58,169 nucleotides of DNA from Candidatus Aenigmatarchaeota archaeon (GCA_039000165.1 JAWBTW010000003.1:21187-79355); one strand, 5' to 3'; positions 1 through 10,300 are shown, counted from the stretch's first letter. The notes: generated by a model not told the origin, from the sequence alone. Translations and numbers: made by a program.

Positions 1-1
1 C

Positions 2-892
2 AATGGAACTGTAGAAACAGTGTATGGTGAAGAATGCGAACTCCCAAACACTCAAAACAATAATTATTGCACAAATCCTTCTAATCATTGTGAATCTACT
101 CCTGGAAAGTATTGTATTTATAGCGATTTGTACGGTAATTGTAATGAAAATTGCATATGCGTACCTGATACTCCAACTTGTAATTGTTATTGGGGTGGTG
201 ATGGTGAAGGAGAAACTTATTGCAATGCTCAATGTGATTCAGATGACGACTGCCTACCAAGGTTAAGTGGAGATTACTGTTATTACAATAGAAAATGTTT
301 GGACAACTGTGTATGTTCAGAAGGAGATAAAGTGTTTTGTCCTCAAACAGTTCCTTACTTTGACCCTAACACCAACACATGTTACTATGGTGATTATAGA
401 GGATGTAACCAGAACGGATGTACTTTAGCAACTTGTAAGCCTGGACAAGGTGAGGCTTGTACGCAACACGGATGTACCGGTGCTATTGATTTTGATTTGA
501 AAGTTGGTGTAGAAAAACTAAACTCAACTGTTGATCAAACATTCTTTATAAAAGTTTATGTTAAAAACATAGGAAATTACGAGGATAACTATAAGTTTAA
601 GTTAAGCACCACACCAAATGTCCAGGCAAAGCTTTATGATACTGAAATAAGAAATGTTAAGCCGAAATCCTTGGTAACTAATACTATCCAAGCTAAAGTT
701 CTATCTCAAACACAACATGCGGAAATTAACATAACTGTTAGTTCTACCTCACTACCTTCAAGAAACAAAACAGTAGTAGTGGAAATTAAAGCTGAAAAAG
801 CAAATTTGAGTGACTTAAACACTTTTTCAGTAATTTTGCTACTTTTAATTTCTCTTTCAGTTTTAACTAAGAATATCCTAAGCCAAGAGTAA
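2..892 (+). CDS. Cys-rich surface protein, C-terminal part (5'-truncated by window edge), ending in Ig-like domain + SDLxxFS motif + TM anchor
   Basis: Frame is open from position 2 (track starts at GTG 20). Dense Cys motifs (CDSDDDC, C-x3-C-x-C). The last ~135 aa align by eye with the C-terminus of 22559..25633. Hydrophobic tail VILLLLISLSVL followed by K. Confidence 0.85.
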   Translation, partial: NGTVETVYGEECELPNTQNNNYCTNPSNHCESTPGKYCIYSDLYGNCNENCICVPDTPTCNCYWGGDGEGETYCNAQCDSDDDCLPRLSGDYCYYNRKCLDNCVCSEGDKVFCPQTVPYFDPNTNTCYYGDYRGCNQNGCTLATCKPGQGEACTQHGCTGAIDFDLKVGVEKLNSTVDQTFFIKVYVKNIGNYEDNYKFKLSTTPNVQAKLYDTEIRNVKPKSLVTNTIQAKVLSQTQHAEINITVSSTSLPSRNKTVVVEIKAEKANLSDLNTFSVILLLLISLSVLTKNILSQE

Positions 893-1880
893 AAGCATAA
901 ACTTCAAAAAAATCTCCCTTATAAACGTTTATGTAAGAGTTTTCATAACCTAAAACTTTTTTCCCATTCTCTTCATGTTTGTTAGAAGCCCAAAGAATTA
1001 AATAAGTTAAAATCCATTTCTCTTTATCGTCTAGGGAGCCATCTTTAGTTAAGTTTGCAACCCATGCAGTTCTACCATAATCCTTGTTTAAAATAACTGC
1101 CGGAACTTTTACGCCTGTAGAATTTTTGAAATTGAAAAGAATGTTAGCCTCACTTTTTGCTGTTATGTTAGCTAAGTTAAAAGAACTTGAAAAGGTATAC
1201 GGTGAACCAAAAATTCTACGCAGGTATTTCCAAGGCCCATAAACAATATCTCTAGAATTCTCTGGTTTTCTTGAAAGCTCTATGGTTTGAATATTATTTA
1301 TATAACCTGAAGCTGGAACCAAACCAAAAATTTTTTTATGTCCTTCGTCTGCGTCGAGCTGTGTATAGGTTATATCAGAAACTTCAACTATTCCTTTATC
1401 TTCAGCTAAAAAATTCTTTAGCAAATCGAAGTAATCATTTAAGTTGTTATAACCCCAAATCAGAAGAACGTCAGAAGAAGGAATAAGAGTTAAACTTGAA
1501 GAAACGATCTCAAATTTTATCTCCCTTCCGTTTAAAGTTATGGTGTTTAAAAAGGTTCCCAACTCATTTATAACCTCATCGCTACACTTACATGCTATGG
1601 TGATTTTCTTCTTAACAGCATTTTCTGTTGAAGTCCAAGCAACTAAGGGATGATTCACTAAATTTTTCTGGTAAAGAAATTCCGGAGATTCAAAAGAATA
1701 TAAATAAAGCTCTTTGTTTCTTTCCATCGAAAGAATTATGTCTCTTGAAATTAAGTTTAACCAAACCTTATCCCAATTGTGTTTGAAAGAAAGAGAGGGA
1801 AAGAAAAAATTAAACATCACAAAAAGTATTATAACTGCGCTAATCATCTCGACAACAAAAACAAAACCTTTTCTTTCCAT
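867..1880 (-). CDS. Pilin-like/pilus-associated protein with class III-like signal peptide
   Basis: N-terminus MERKG|FVFVVE followed by a hydrophobic helix; last gene of the pilus operon. Confidence 0.6.
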   Translation of the reverse strand: MERKGFVFVVEMISAVIILFVMFNFFFPSLSFKHNWDKVWLNLISRDIILSMERNKELYLYSFESPEFLYQKNLVNHPLVAWTSTENAVKKKITIACKCSDEVINELGTFLNTITLNGREIKFEIVSSSLTLIPSSDVLLIWGYNNLNDYFDLLKNFLAEDKGIVEVSDITYTQLDADEGHKKIFGLVPASGYINNIQTIELSRKPENSRDIVYGPWKYLRRIFGSPYTFSSSFNLANITAKSEANILFNFKNSTGVKVPAVILNKDYGRTAWVANLTKDGSLDDKEKWILTYLILWASNKHEENGKKVLGYENSYINVYKGDFFEVYAFTLGLGYS

Positions 1881-2393
1881 TTACCACACCTGAACCACTA
1901 ATTCAACATAGCCTCCTGTAGATAAAGCTGCTACCCTTCTTACAGTTATATTCGTTGGAGTTATCTTAACTTTCCCGGGAGGCGGGAAGCAACTAACCAG
2001 AATATTACGATTAGGTAATTGGAACATTAGCAAAGAAAAATCAAATTCAGCTCCAATTTTTTCTTTAACTTTTTCGTAGCCTTGAGGTTGACTGCAAAAA
2101 CTGTTCAAGCTATCGATTTTTGTCCGACTAAGAAAGTTTGTTTTGTTTTTTGAGAAATCAGAAAGGCCAAATCTGTTAACTGAATCAAGATCAAGTTCCC
2201 ACTCTATAGGATGACCAAAATCGTTTATTAAAAGTTCAGAAATTTGATAAGCTTCAAGTCTTTTTCTTTCGGTTTCCATTTCTTGGAGATAGATAGGATA
2301 GTACCTTAAAAGTAAGAAAAAAAGATAGGCTACAAAACTTATAAAAACTCCCATAGACGCTATAAATTCCACAAAACTTAGTTCGCCTTTCAT
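1881..2393 (-). CDS. Pilin-like protein (class III-like signal peptide)
   Basis: MKG|ELSFVE plus hydrophobic helix; abuts the TadC-like gene. Confidence 0.6.
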   Translation of the reverse strand: MKGELSFVEFIASMGVFISFVAYLFFLLLRYYPIYLQEMETERKRLEAYQISELLINDFGHPIEWELDLDSVNRFGLSDFSKNKTNFLSRTKIDSLNSFCSQPQGYEKVKEKIGAEFDFSLLMFQLPNRNILVSCFPPPGKVKITPTNITVRRVAALSTGGYVELVVQVW

Positions 2394-3397
2394 TAAGCTC
2401 CCATTATACCAAAGTTTACAAGTATGAAGAAGGAACCAAACGTTATTATAGCCATTATTATGCTATGTTTAACTCCTGAAATAGCAGAGCCCTCGCTAAT
2501 TTCTCCAGCAACCAAACCGCAAAAAATTGATTCAACTATTGCCATTAAGAAGAATAAAGAAGTGTAGTAAGAACCCATATTCTCTGGAGCTCTTATATCA
2601 CTCAAGTTGAAAATTGAAGCAATCCCCCCTAAGATATCGCAAAAAACGCATGAAAATTGAGAGCAAAAAGTACAAGGGTTTTGCAAACCAATCATCTCTA
2701 ATTGACCAATAGCTTCAACCTTGAATATGGGAATCATAAGCCTGTTTATTCCTACAACTATACCGATAAATAAAAAATTAATTATGTACATGAGAATAAC
2801 ATATTGACTAAGCAAACTTTTTCTTTCCTTTTCATAATCATCAAGAACTGTCATATTTTCTGCTACTGTCTCTAGAGTAGAAATTATGTCCCCGCCAGAA
2901 AGATAGGCTTCCTTAATTATTTTTGAGACGATTGTAAGCCTCTTGCTTGCTTTTACTCTTTCTGCAAACTGATCCAAAACTTTATCGAAAGACATGCCCC
3001 AAGAGATTTGGGAAGCCATCTTCTTGATTTCTGGTGTAAGCTTTCCATATTCATACTTACTTGCTATCATCACGGAAGTATGGAGTGGTGAGCCAGACCT
3101 CAAAGCTTCTATAACATCTCTCAAGAAAAAAGGAAATTTTTCTTCCATTTCTTTTATTTCTCTTGCTTTCATATACTTAAAGAAAAACAAAGGTCCAGCT
3201 ACAGCAAAAGCTGAAAGAATTATGGAATTTCCTAGCACTGCTCTATCGTTACTGAGTATTCCAACAGCTAAGAAAAAAGCACAAGCTACAACGGAAGCGA
3301 TCAAAACTTTTGTGTTAGTTGAGAGTTCAAACTTTTTAGGATAAAGCTTAACTTTTTTCGCTGGCTTAACTTTTTTCTCTTCTTTTGCTTTCATCAT
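2393..3397 (-). CDS. Type II secretion system F / TadC-like pilus membrane platform protein
   Basis: FPFFLRDVIEALRSG...YGKLTPEIKKM...GMSFDKVL pattern typical of the T2SSF domain; multiple TM helices; downstream of the pilus ATPase. Confidence 0.88.
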   Translation of the reverse strand: MMKAKEEKKVKPAKKVKLYPKKFELSTNTKVLIASVVACAFFLAVGILSNDRAVLGNSIILSAFAVAGPLFFFKYMKAREIKEMEEKFPFFLRDVIEALRSGSPLHTSVMIASKYEYGKLTPEIKKMASQISWGMSFDKVLDQFAERVKASKRLTIVSKIIKEAYLSGGDIISTLETVAENMTVLDDYEKERKSLLSQYVILMYIINFLFIGIVVGINRLMIPIFKVEAIGQLEMIGLQNPCTFCSQFSCVFCDILGGIASIFNLSDIRAPENMGSYYTSLFFLMAIVESIFCGLVAGEISEGSAISGVKHSIIMAIITFGSFFILVNFGIMGA

Positions 3398-4263
3398 TCA
3401 CCGCCTGGACTTATGCTTTTGATAAAAATTATGAAAGCTAAAGAAACAATAGGCAAGAAAAGAAATATTACTAAAAATTGAAGAAAGATTATGTTGCTTC
3501 CAATTCCTGCCAAACCACTAAAAATTGCTGAAAGAATGGTGAAAAAGACTGCGCCCAAAATTATTGCTGTTATATAAATTTCTATAAACATCGTTAGTTG
3601 ATGAGAAAATTCATAAAGCTTTCTCCTGTATTCTGTCATAAAAGTTCTTGCCTTTTCTCTTAAGAATGAATGAATATCTCCTCCTGTTGTACTCATAGAT
3701 AATAAGCCCCAAAAAAGTTCTCTCAAGTTTTTTGAGGGTGCCCTTTCTACTGCTCTTTCTAGAGCTGTATTTATGTCCATTCCGAAAGTTTCTGTATCGT
3801 TAACTATTGATTTTATTTCTTCTGTGAATTGACCGTATTCACTATAAGTTGAAAAAATCTTGAAAACTTTGTGCAAAGGGACTTTTGATCCTGCTATCGT
3901 TGATAAGTAGACAGAAGCAAAAGGTAAAATTTTATCTATTTCTTTTGCTCTCTCCCTTATTACCAGTTTAGGGTAGCTCATCATGGAATAAAAGAAAGTT
4001 AGGGAAAAGAACATAGAAATAGTAAAGGAAAAGATAAAACTAAACAAAGGGTTTTGGGAAATTATAACAAAAATGACACAAAGCATAGGAAACTCTGCAC
4101 AAAAAACTATTAAGCCTGTTAGGATTGCTATGCTTATGTATTCTTGGATAGAATAGCCCATTCTTGCTCTCCTTAGATCAGTTTTCACTTCTGTATAATA
4201 AGGAGCTAGTTTTTCTCCCCATTCACCAAAGTATCTCATAGCTATGGTAGTGTAAAAACCCAC
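3394..4263 (-). CDS. Type II secretion system F / TadC-like pilus membrane platform protein
   Basis: LPFASVYLSTIAGS...GMDINTALERAVERAPS...GGDI T2SSF pattern; TM helices. Confidence 0.88.
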   Translation of the reverse strand: MGFYTTIAMRYFGEWGEKLAPYYTEVKTDLRRARMGYSIQEYISIAILTGLIVFCAEFPMLCVIFVIISQNPLFSFIFSFTISMFFSLTFFYSMMSYPKLVIRERAKEIDKILPFASVYLSTIAGSKVPLHKVFKIFSTYSEYGQFTEEIKSIVNDTETFGMDINTALERAVERAPSKNLRELFWGLLSMSTTGGDIHSFLREKARTFMTEYRRKLYEFSHQLTMFIEIYITAIILGAVFFTILSAIFSGLAGIGSNIIFLQFLVIFLFLPIVSLAFIIFIKSISPGGE

Positions 4264-6050
4264 TATTTCCCACCCATTATGGAAGCCAAAACTTTTTCTG
4301 GAGAAGTGTAGTACATGTTAAAAACATTGTAAACATCTTTATAGCGGGTAATGTTCTTCTCCACCATCCAATTCAAGACAACCATTCTCCTTTCTAGCTC
4401 CTCTTTTACTTGCTGCTCTGTCAAACCCATAAATTCAGCTATTTTTTTCAAAGTCATACTTTTGTTAACAACTACAATTTTATCTTTCATAGCGTCCCAT
4501 CTAAAAACTTCGTTTACGATTGGCTCTTTCGTTTCTGGGTCTATCCCGACTATTTCTATGATTTGATTAACCTTTCTCACATGCTTTTCTCTGTATCTTA
4601 CTCTCAAAAGAAAAACCACCAAATCCAAACTTCCTATCAAACTAGCAGGTAATGAGATTGGTGGTGTGGTCAACCTATCAATAAGCTTGTTTATGTTTTC
4701 TGCATGAATCGTTGCTAAAGAAGGATGACCGGTTGCCATTTCTTGGAATAAAACATAAGCTTCTCTTCCTCTAACCTCACCTACAACTATATAGTCAGGC
4801 CTTTGTCTCAAGCTTTCTTTGAGTAAATCAAACAAATCTATTTCTCCTCTTAATTTTTTATCTTCAGTTCCTATTGCAGTTCTTGCAACATAAGGAACCC
4901 AGTGAGGATGTGGCAATTTAAGTTCAGGTGTATCTTCTATGGAAACTATTCTTTTTTCTGGCCTGATAAAAAGTGAAAGTACGTTGAGCAGAGTTGTTTT
5001 CCCTGAAGCAGTTCCTCCTGCAACTAAAACACTTCTTCCAAAATCAACAGCGAGCCAGAGAAAAGCCAAGGAAGGAATGTCGATAGTATTATACTTCAAG
5101 AGGTGGATTGGAGTTAAAGGTTCAATCGTAAACTTTCTAATGGTAAAATTGGAACCTCTTCTTGCTATATCCGTAGCCAAAGCTGCTTGGACTCTGCTTC
5201 CGTCGGGAAGCGAACCTCCAACAAGGGGGGTAGCTACTGATATGGATTTTCCACAAAGTTGAGCAAGTCTATGAATGAAAGAATCAAGCTCGTCTGGATC
5301 TTCAAAAACTATGTTTGTGACTATGGATCCTAGCTTAGGGTTTCTGTGAAAAACAAATATGGGAATGCCCACCCCGTCACAACTTATATCTTCTATATTT
5401 TCATCAGCCATTAAAGGTTCTATCCTTCCCAAACCGATGAAATCCCTTTCTATATAGTATCTGATTATGAGCTTTTCTTTCTCGCTTACTTCTATCCTGT
5501 AATAGCTTAGCAAATCGTCTATGGTTTTATAAAGATAATTTTTCATTTCAAATTTTTTCAATTTTCCAAACTCTACATCGAGCTTTTCTTGAATCAATTC
5601 CTTGAGCTTATTTATTATTTCTTTAAGTCTATCTGTTAGTTCAGGTTCGATAACTTGGTAAACATACTTGTTTAACGAAGTATCCCAAAAGATTTTTGCG
5701 TATGCAAAAACAAGCTCATCCTTTTGAGGCTTTCTTGGAATCAAAGGATATGCTAGGGTAATCTTCCTTTTTTCTTCTTCTGTTAAAGGAATCTCACCAA
5801 TCTCTATCTTTTCGGGTATAAATTCTGGTATTTCTATTCCATCTACAAGCTTTGGTTTCTCGACAGGCTTAATTTCTGTTTCCTTTTTTTCTTCCTTTTT
5901 TTCCTCTATCCTCTCTATTTTTATGGGAATTGTAATAGGAGCTAAGCCTTGAAAACCAATTTGCGAAGGCAAAACTTGAATTTGTTTGCTCATGTATTTT
6001 TTATATCCTTCCTTTGCCCTTCTTAAAAAATTTTTTAAAAGCTCCACCAT
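4263..6050 (-). CDS. Type IV pilus assembly ATPase (VirB11/TadA/FlaI family)
   Basis: Walker A GGTASGKTT, Asp box IEDTPE, LRQRPDYIVVGEVRG, His box GHPSLATIHA. Confidence 0.95.
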   Translation of the reverse strand: MVELLKNFLRRAKEGYKKYMSKQIQVLPSQIGFQGLAPITIPIKIERIEEKKEEKKETEIKPVEKPKLVDGIEIPEFIPEKIEIGEIPLTEEEKRKITLAYPLIPRKPQKDELVFAYAKIFWDTSLNKYVYQVIEPELTDRLKEIINKLKELIQEKLDVEFGKLKKFEMKNYLYKTIDDLLSYYRIEVSEKEKLIIRYYIERDFIGLGRIEPLMADENIEDISCDGVGIPIFVFHRNPKLGSIVTNIVFEDPDELDSFIHRLAQLCGKSISVATPLVGGSLPDGSRVQAALATDIARRGSNFTIRKFTIEPLTPIHLLKYNTIDIPSLAFLWLAVDFGRSVLVAGGTASGKTTLLNVLSLFIRPEKRIVSIEDTPELKLPHPHWVPYVARTAIGTEDKKLRGEIDLFDLLKESLRQRPDYIVVGEVRGREAYVLFQEMATGHPSLATIHAENINKLIDRLTTPPISLPASLIGSLDLVVFLLRVRYREKHVRKVNQIIEIVGIDPETKEPIVNEVFRWDAMKDKIVVVNKSMTLKKIAEFMGLTEQQVKEELERRMVVLNWMVEKNITRYKDVYNVFNMYYTSPEKVLASIMGGK

Positions 6051-6051
6051 C

Positions 6052-6462
6052 CTATTCTACCCTTAATTTATTTTCTGTTTTGCTAAATGTTAAAGTTAAT
6101 GTTTTTGTTATAACTGCACTACCAGCTGAACTAACAGAATAATTCAAATTACTTAAAGAAAAAGAGTACCTTCTTTCATTTGGCAATATTATTTCCCAAA
6201 CATTGTCAGCCTTAACTATAAACTCGTAGTTTGGGTTGAGGTTAATAATAACCCTAGAGTCTTCACACTCCTTACAGGAATCTATAAGAGATATGGCTGT
6301 AGAAGTAATATAATCAGCAACAATTTTTGCATTTCTATAGCTCAACTCGTTTATAAAGAAATCAGACTGTATCTTAAAGAAGCTGCCTATACTTAAGAAC
6401 ACCACAAACCCTACAACAAAAAAAATTATGAATTGGATTATGTAACTTTGGGCTTTTTTCAT
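6052..6462 (-). CDS. Putative pilin (class III signal peptide)
   Basis: MKKA|QSYIIQ followed by hydrophobic helix FIIFFVVGFVVFL. Confidence 0.7.
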   Translation of the reverse strand: MKKAQSYIIQFIIFFVVGFVVFLSIGSFFKIQSDFFINELSYRNAKIVADYITSTAISLIDSCKECEDSRVIINLNPNYEFIVKADNVWEIILPNERRYSFSLSNLNYSVSSAGSAVITKTLTLTFSKTENKLRVE

Positions 6463-6464
6463 TC

Positions 6465-7097
6465 TTACCCAAGAAGTATTTGTACTTCTGTAATAATCAA
6501 GTTATTGGTTGGGTCAAACTTTGGCTCGGTTATTCTTGAAATCCTTATTGATTTACCTGTCGAAGCGTTATAACTAGGGTTTCTCGGTAAAAGCCTTGTT
6601 TGATAAATTTTCCCATCTTCAGTAAGGTTTCTTAACCATATTCTATACCTTATTATAAAAGCGTTATCTGAACTTTCGGCCTTAGCTAAAACAACAGTTG
6701 CTTCATCTATACCCACATATCCAGGAGAAATTATACTAGAAGTTTTAAAAGGTATCCAACCTAACTCTGGAGCTATATTAGTTACTTTGCTTCTGAACAT
6801 GAACTCGAGAGAATTGTTCTGAGGGCCAGGATAATCGTAAGGATAAAGTTGCCATATTCCGTCTACTTCTGAATTAAAAGTCTCCTCACCACCATTCCTT
6901 GCAACAAATTCTATTTTTTTCACCAGGGAATTTGCATTATCCCTATCAAAATAGCTTGCAACTTTTTCAACCATTGCAACCTCTTGCCTTTTTTGAACGA
7001 GAGGCATACCCCATAAATAAGCTGAAGTTGTTAAAGTTGCAGCTAAAAGGATTATAATAACGGCAGTAATTACATCTGCTTGACCTTTAAACCCCAT
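6465..7097 (-). CDS. Putative pilin (class III signal peptide)
   Basis: MGFKG|QADVITAVIIILLAATL, a canonical KG|Q archaeal prepilin site. Confidence 0.75.
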   Translation of the reverse strand: MGFKGQADVITAVIIILLAATLTTSAYLWGMPLVQKRQEVAMVEKVASYFDRDNANSLVKKIEFVARNGGEETFNSEVDGIWQLYPYDYPGPQNNSLEFMFRSKVTNIAPELGWIPFKTSSIISPGYVGIDEATVVLAKAESSDNAFIIRYRIWLRNLTEDGKIYQTRLLPRNPSYNASTGKSIRISRITEPKFDPTNNLIITEVQILLG

Positions 7098-7100
7098 AAC

Positions 7101-7565
7101 TTACACTTTTACAGGCTTCACGGGCAAAGCTGGTCTCGTTATTACTGGTCTTTTAAGTTTTTCACTTATCTCACTTAGAACATTCAAAACTGACTGGTTG
7201 TTCTCGATAATCTTCTGATTCTGTTCTATGAGCTTTTCTATTTTTTCGGTCAATGGTTTGAATGAAGGTTGAGTCTCTTCTGGAGCAGAGGCTTTAATAT
7301 AATTTAGCAACTCGTTCAAATTTCCTATGAGTTCGTCTAACCTTGCAGGTAACTTAGAAATTTCTATTCTTAAGGCATCGTTAGCCTTGGCAAGCTCATC
7401 AACTAATTGTTGATTCATTCTAACTATTTCTATTATCTCTTTAAGTATTCCTCTATTATCAACACTCCCAAGAGAAGCTTCTAATTGTTCTATCCTCCTT
7501 TCTAGTCTTCTTAGCGGGGATAAAGGGACTATTTCAACTTCCTCTGTAACCTCATCGTTAACCAT
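7101..7565 (-). CDS. Coiled-coil hypothetical protein heading the pilus operon
   Basis: Heptad-rich sequence; SD AGGTGA upstream; 3 nt gap to the first pilin. Confidence 0.75.
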   Translation of the reverse strand: MVNDEVTEEVEIVPLSPLRRLERRIEQLEASLGSVDNRGILKEIIEIVRMNQQLVDELAKANDALRIEISKLPARLDELIGNLNELLNYIKASAPEETQPSFKPLTEKIEKLIEQNQKIIENNQSVLNVLSEISEKLKRPVITRPALPVKPVKV

Positions 7566-7622
7566 TAATTCACCTAACTAAATATTTCTCTTAGAAATTA
7601 ATAAAAGTTTCTTAAGTCCTTT

Positions 7623-9272
7623 TTAAGCTTCTTCTTCGCTCGTAGTTGGTGTAGAAGGTGTGGTTTTTTCAAGTTTGCTTGCTGCTATAACGTCATCAAT
7701 TCTTAGTATCATTTCTGCAGCTTCTGCAGCTGATTTTATCGCTTGTAATTTTACTTTTAGTGGTTCAATAACTTCCATCTCTTCCGCATCTCTTACTTTT
7801 CCGTTGAAAATATCTAGGCCATAATAAATTTTTCCTTGCTCGTGAGCTGCTCTTAGCTCGACAAGCATATCTATTGGATCTAAACCTGCATTCTCAGCTA
7901 AACTTCTTGGTATGACTTCCATGGCATCAGCAAAAGCAAGTATTGCTAGTTGCTCTCTACCAGAAAACTTCTCTGCAAACTTTCTCAACCTTCTTGCAAT
8001 CTCTGCCTCTGGTGCTCCAGCCCCTGGTATGATTTTTCCTAGCTCAAGAGCAGAAGCTACTGCTCCTACCGCATCTTCCACACTTCTATCAACTTCATCA
8101 ACAACATGTTCTGTGCTTCCCCTTACTAGAATTGTCACTGCTTTCGGATCTTTACACTCGCGAACAAAAGTCATAGCTTCTCCTGCAATTTTCTTTTCTT
8201 CAACAATTTTTGCAAAACCTAAGTCTTCTGGGGTCAAATCATCTAAGTTAGTGACAATTCTTCCTCCTGTAGCTTTTGCCAGAGCTTCCATGTCTGAGCG
8301 TTTTACTCTCCTGCAAGCAAGAATTCCTTCTTTTGCAAGATAATGTTGAGCTAAATCGTCTATTCCTTTCTGGCAGAAAACAACGTTTGCGCCACTTGCC
8401 ACTATCTTCTTTACCATATCCTTTAGCATTTTCTGCTCTTGTTCAAGAAAAGCTTGCATTTGTTCAGGAGAAGTTATCCTTATTTCAGCATCGGTCTCTG
8501 TTTCTTTTATTTCTAAAGCACAATCCAATAAAGCTATTTTAGCGTTTTTAACTGTTTTGGGCATTCCAGGATGAACTACTTCCTTATCTATAACTATTCC
8601 TTTTATAAGCTCAGTATCTTCTACAGAACCACCATGCTTTTTTTCTCTTTTTATGTTTTCTCTGTCAACTATAACTTTTCCGTTCTCTACCCTTGCTACT
8701 GTTGAAACTGCTTCAACAACAAGTTCAGCAATTTTTGGTGAAGCCTTTTCCATAGACTTGCCAGACATTGCTGTCATAGCAATTTTCTTTAAGATTTCTT
8801 TATCCTTTAGCGAAACAGGTTTTGCTATTTCTTCAAGAATTCTTAAAGCTTCATCCTTAGCAATTTTGAAACCTTTTGTTATAACTGTAGGATGAATCTC
8901 TTGGTCTAAAAGCTCTTCTGCTTTTTTAAGGAGTTCACCAGCAAGAACTACTGAAGTAGTTGTACCGTCCCCAACTTCTTCGTTCTGAGTCTTTGCTACT
9001 TCTACCATCATCTTTGCTGAAGGGTGTTCTATTTCCATTTCTTCAAGTATAGTTACCCCATCGTTTGTTATTACTATATCACCAACAGAATCGACAAGCA
9101 TCTTGTCCATTCCTTTTGGTCCTAGCGTTGTTCTTACTGCGTCTGCAACTGCCTTAGCTGCAGCTATGTTATTTCTTTGGGCATCTCTCCCAACAGTCCT
9201 CAGAGTACCTTCTGGAAGTATTAAAACAGGTTGTCCGCCTAACTGACCAATCAAGGCTTTTCCATTAGTCAT
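7623..9272 (-). CDS. ths: Thermosome subunit (group II chaperonin)
   Basis: [26 protein letters not shown] and CQKGIDD motifs; strong SD AGGAGGTG upstream. Confidence 0.98.
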   Translation of the reverse strand: MTNGKALIGQLGGQPVLILPEGTLRTVGRDAQRNNIAAAKAVADAVRTTLGPKGMDKMLVDSVGDIVITNDGVTILEEMEIEHPSAKMMVEVAKTQNEEVGDGTTTSVVLAGELLKKAEELLDQEIHPTVITKGFKIAKDEALRILEEIAKPVSLKDKEILKKIAMTAMSGKSMEKASPKIAELVVEAVSTVARVENGKVIVDRENIKREKKHGGSVEDTELIKGIVIDKEVVHPGMPKTVKNAKIALLDCALEIKETETDAEIRITSPEQMQAFLEQEQKMLKDMVKKIVASGANVVFCQKGIDDLAQHYLAKEGILACRRVKRSDMEALAKATGGRIVTNLDDLTPEDLGFAKIVEEKKIAGEAMTFVRECKDPKAVTILVRGSTEHVVDEVDRSVEDAVGAVASALELGKIIPGAGAPEAEIARRLRKFAEKFSGREQLAILAFADAMEVIPRSLAENAGLDPIDMLVELRAAHEQGKIYYGLDIFNGKVRDAEEMEVIEPLKVKLQAIKSAAEAAEMILRIDDVIAASKLEKTTPSTPTTSEEEA

Positions 9273-9332
9273 AGTACACCTCCTAATCTAGAAATATCTT
9301 AATGTGTATGTAGGTATACAAATATTTAAGCT

Positions 9333-10247
9333 TTACTCCACTCTTTCTTCCATAAGCTTTTCCAATTCTCTCACACTCTCTATCTCTGGAATTTCTGATT
9401 CCAAAATTATCGGCACGTCTTCGACAGATTTTTTCTCGCACTTTTTTGTAACAAAAACGCATCTTGAAGAAAAAAGAAAGGACATTCTTTTAATGTGAGA
9501 CGCTTCCTTCTCAATTTTTTTCATATTGTGCGAAAGCCCTATTATCATGGAAAACTTCTCTTTTCCCACGATTTCAAAAGGTGCAGAATAGGTTGGGCTG
9601 TTACTCAAACCTATTCTTAAAAATTCTTTTGAAACTTTTTCTTGAAATTCGTTTTTAGGCTTAAGGTAGGCTGGCTCTGAGACCCTAAGCCTAAAAGGAG
9701 TTTTTAAGTTAACATTAAGGACTCTTTCTAAATTTTTGACAGTTTTTAAAGAAGGGTTTGCTCTTTTGTTTTCTATTTCATACAAAGCCTTTTTTGTTAT
9801 TCCTACTAACTTTGAAAGTTCCTCAAGGGTAAAACCTAGCTCTTTTCTTCTATTTCTTAAAACCTCAGTGTTTATAGGAACTGTATGTTTTCCTTTTGCA
9901 GCCTCTATTTCTGGAATTTCTCTATTCTCCAAAAATTTTTCGAAAAAGTAAGGGGTAACAACTGGTAAATCAAACCTTGAATAGACTATTTCTTTCCTTA
10001 GGAATTCTCTGTTTGTTTTAAGTGAAACCACAAGAGGGTAAGCAGAAAGAAAGTAAGAAATTGCTTTAAGACTTAAGGCTTGCTCTTTGGTTAAACCATC
10101 CACGTTTATCAAGGCCTTTATAAGCATCAAGAAATCTTTTTTTGCAGCTATGTCAAAAGCCCCTTCGCTAACTAGTACTTGAAACTTGTGAAAAAGTAAA
10201 GAATTTACTATTTTTTCAACTAAAAAAGATTTATTAAACATTTGCAT
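9333..10247 (-). CDS. Archaeal Cro/C1-type HTH transcriptional regulator (COG1395-like)
   Basis: Central HTH RRKELGFTLEELSKLVGITKKALYEIEN flanked by FDIAAK and APFEIVG segments typical of this family. Confidence 0.85.
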   Translation of the reverse strand: MQMFNKSFLVEKIVNSLLFHKFQVLVSEGAFDIAAKKDFLMLIKALINVDGLTKEQALSLKAISYFLSAYPLVVSLKTNREFLRKEIVYSRFDLPVVTPYFFEKFLENREIPEIEAAKGKHTVPINTEVLRNRRKELGFTLEELSKLVGITKKALYEIENKRANPSLKTVKNLERVLNVNLKTPFRLRVSEPAYLKPKNEFQEKVSKEFLRIGLSNSPTYSAPFEIVGKEKFSMIIGLSHNMKKIEKEASHIKRMSFLFSSRCVFVTKKCEKKSVEDVPIILESEIPEIESVRELEKLMEERVE

Positions 10248-10300
10248 CCAAATAATTATTGATAAGGAAAAGGTTAATAAATGTGCATGTAAGTATACAA

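Noticed and set aside
7623-7680. Thermosome lacks a GGM-rich tail (ends [13 protein letters not shown])
   Set aside because: C-terminal tails of group II chaperonins are variable and acidic tails are common.
7912-8343. Antisense or alternate-frame ORFs in the track (e.g. 7912..8343, 4939..5262, 21512..21967, 43423..44049, 54689..55111)
   Set aside because: They lie wholly or largely opposite well-supported conserved genes and read as Ser/Phe/Leu-rich shadows of Lys/Glu-rich codons.
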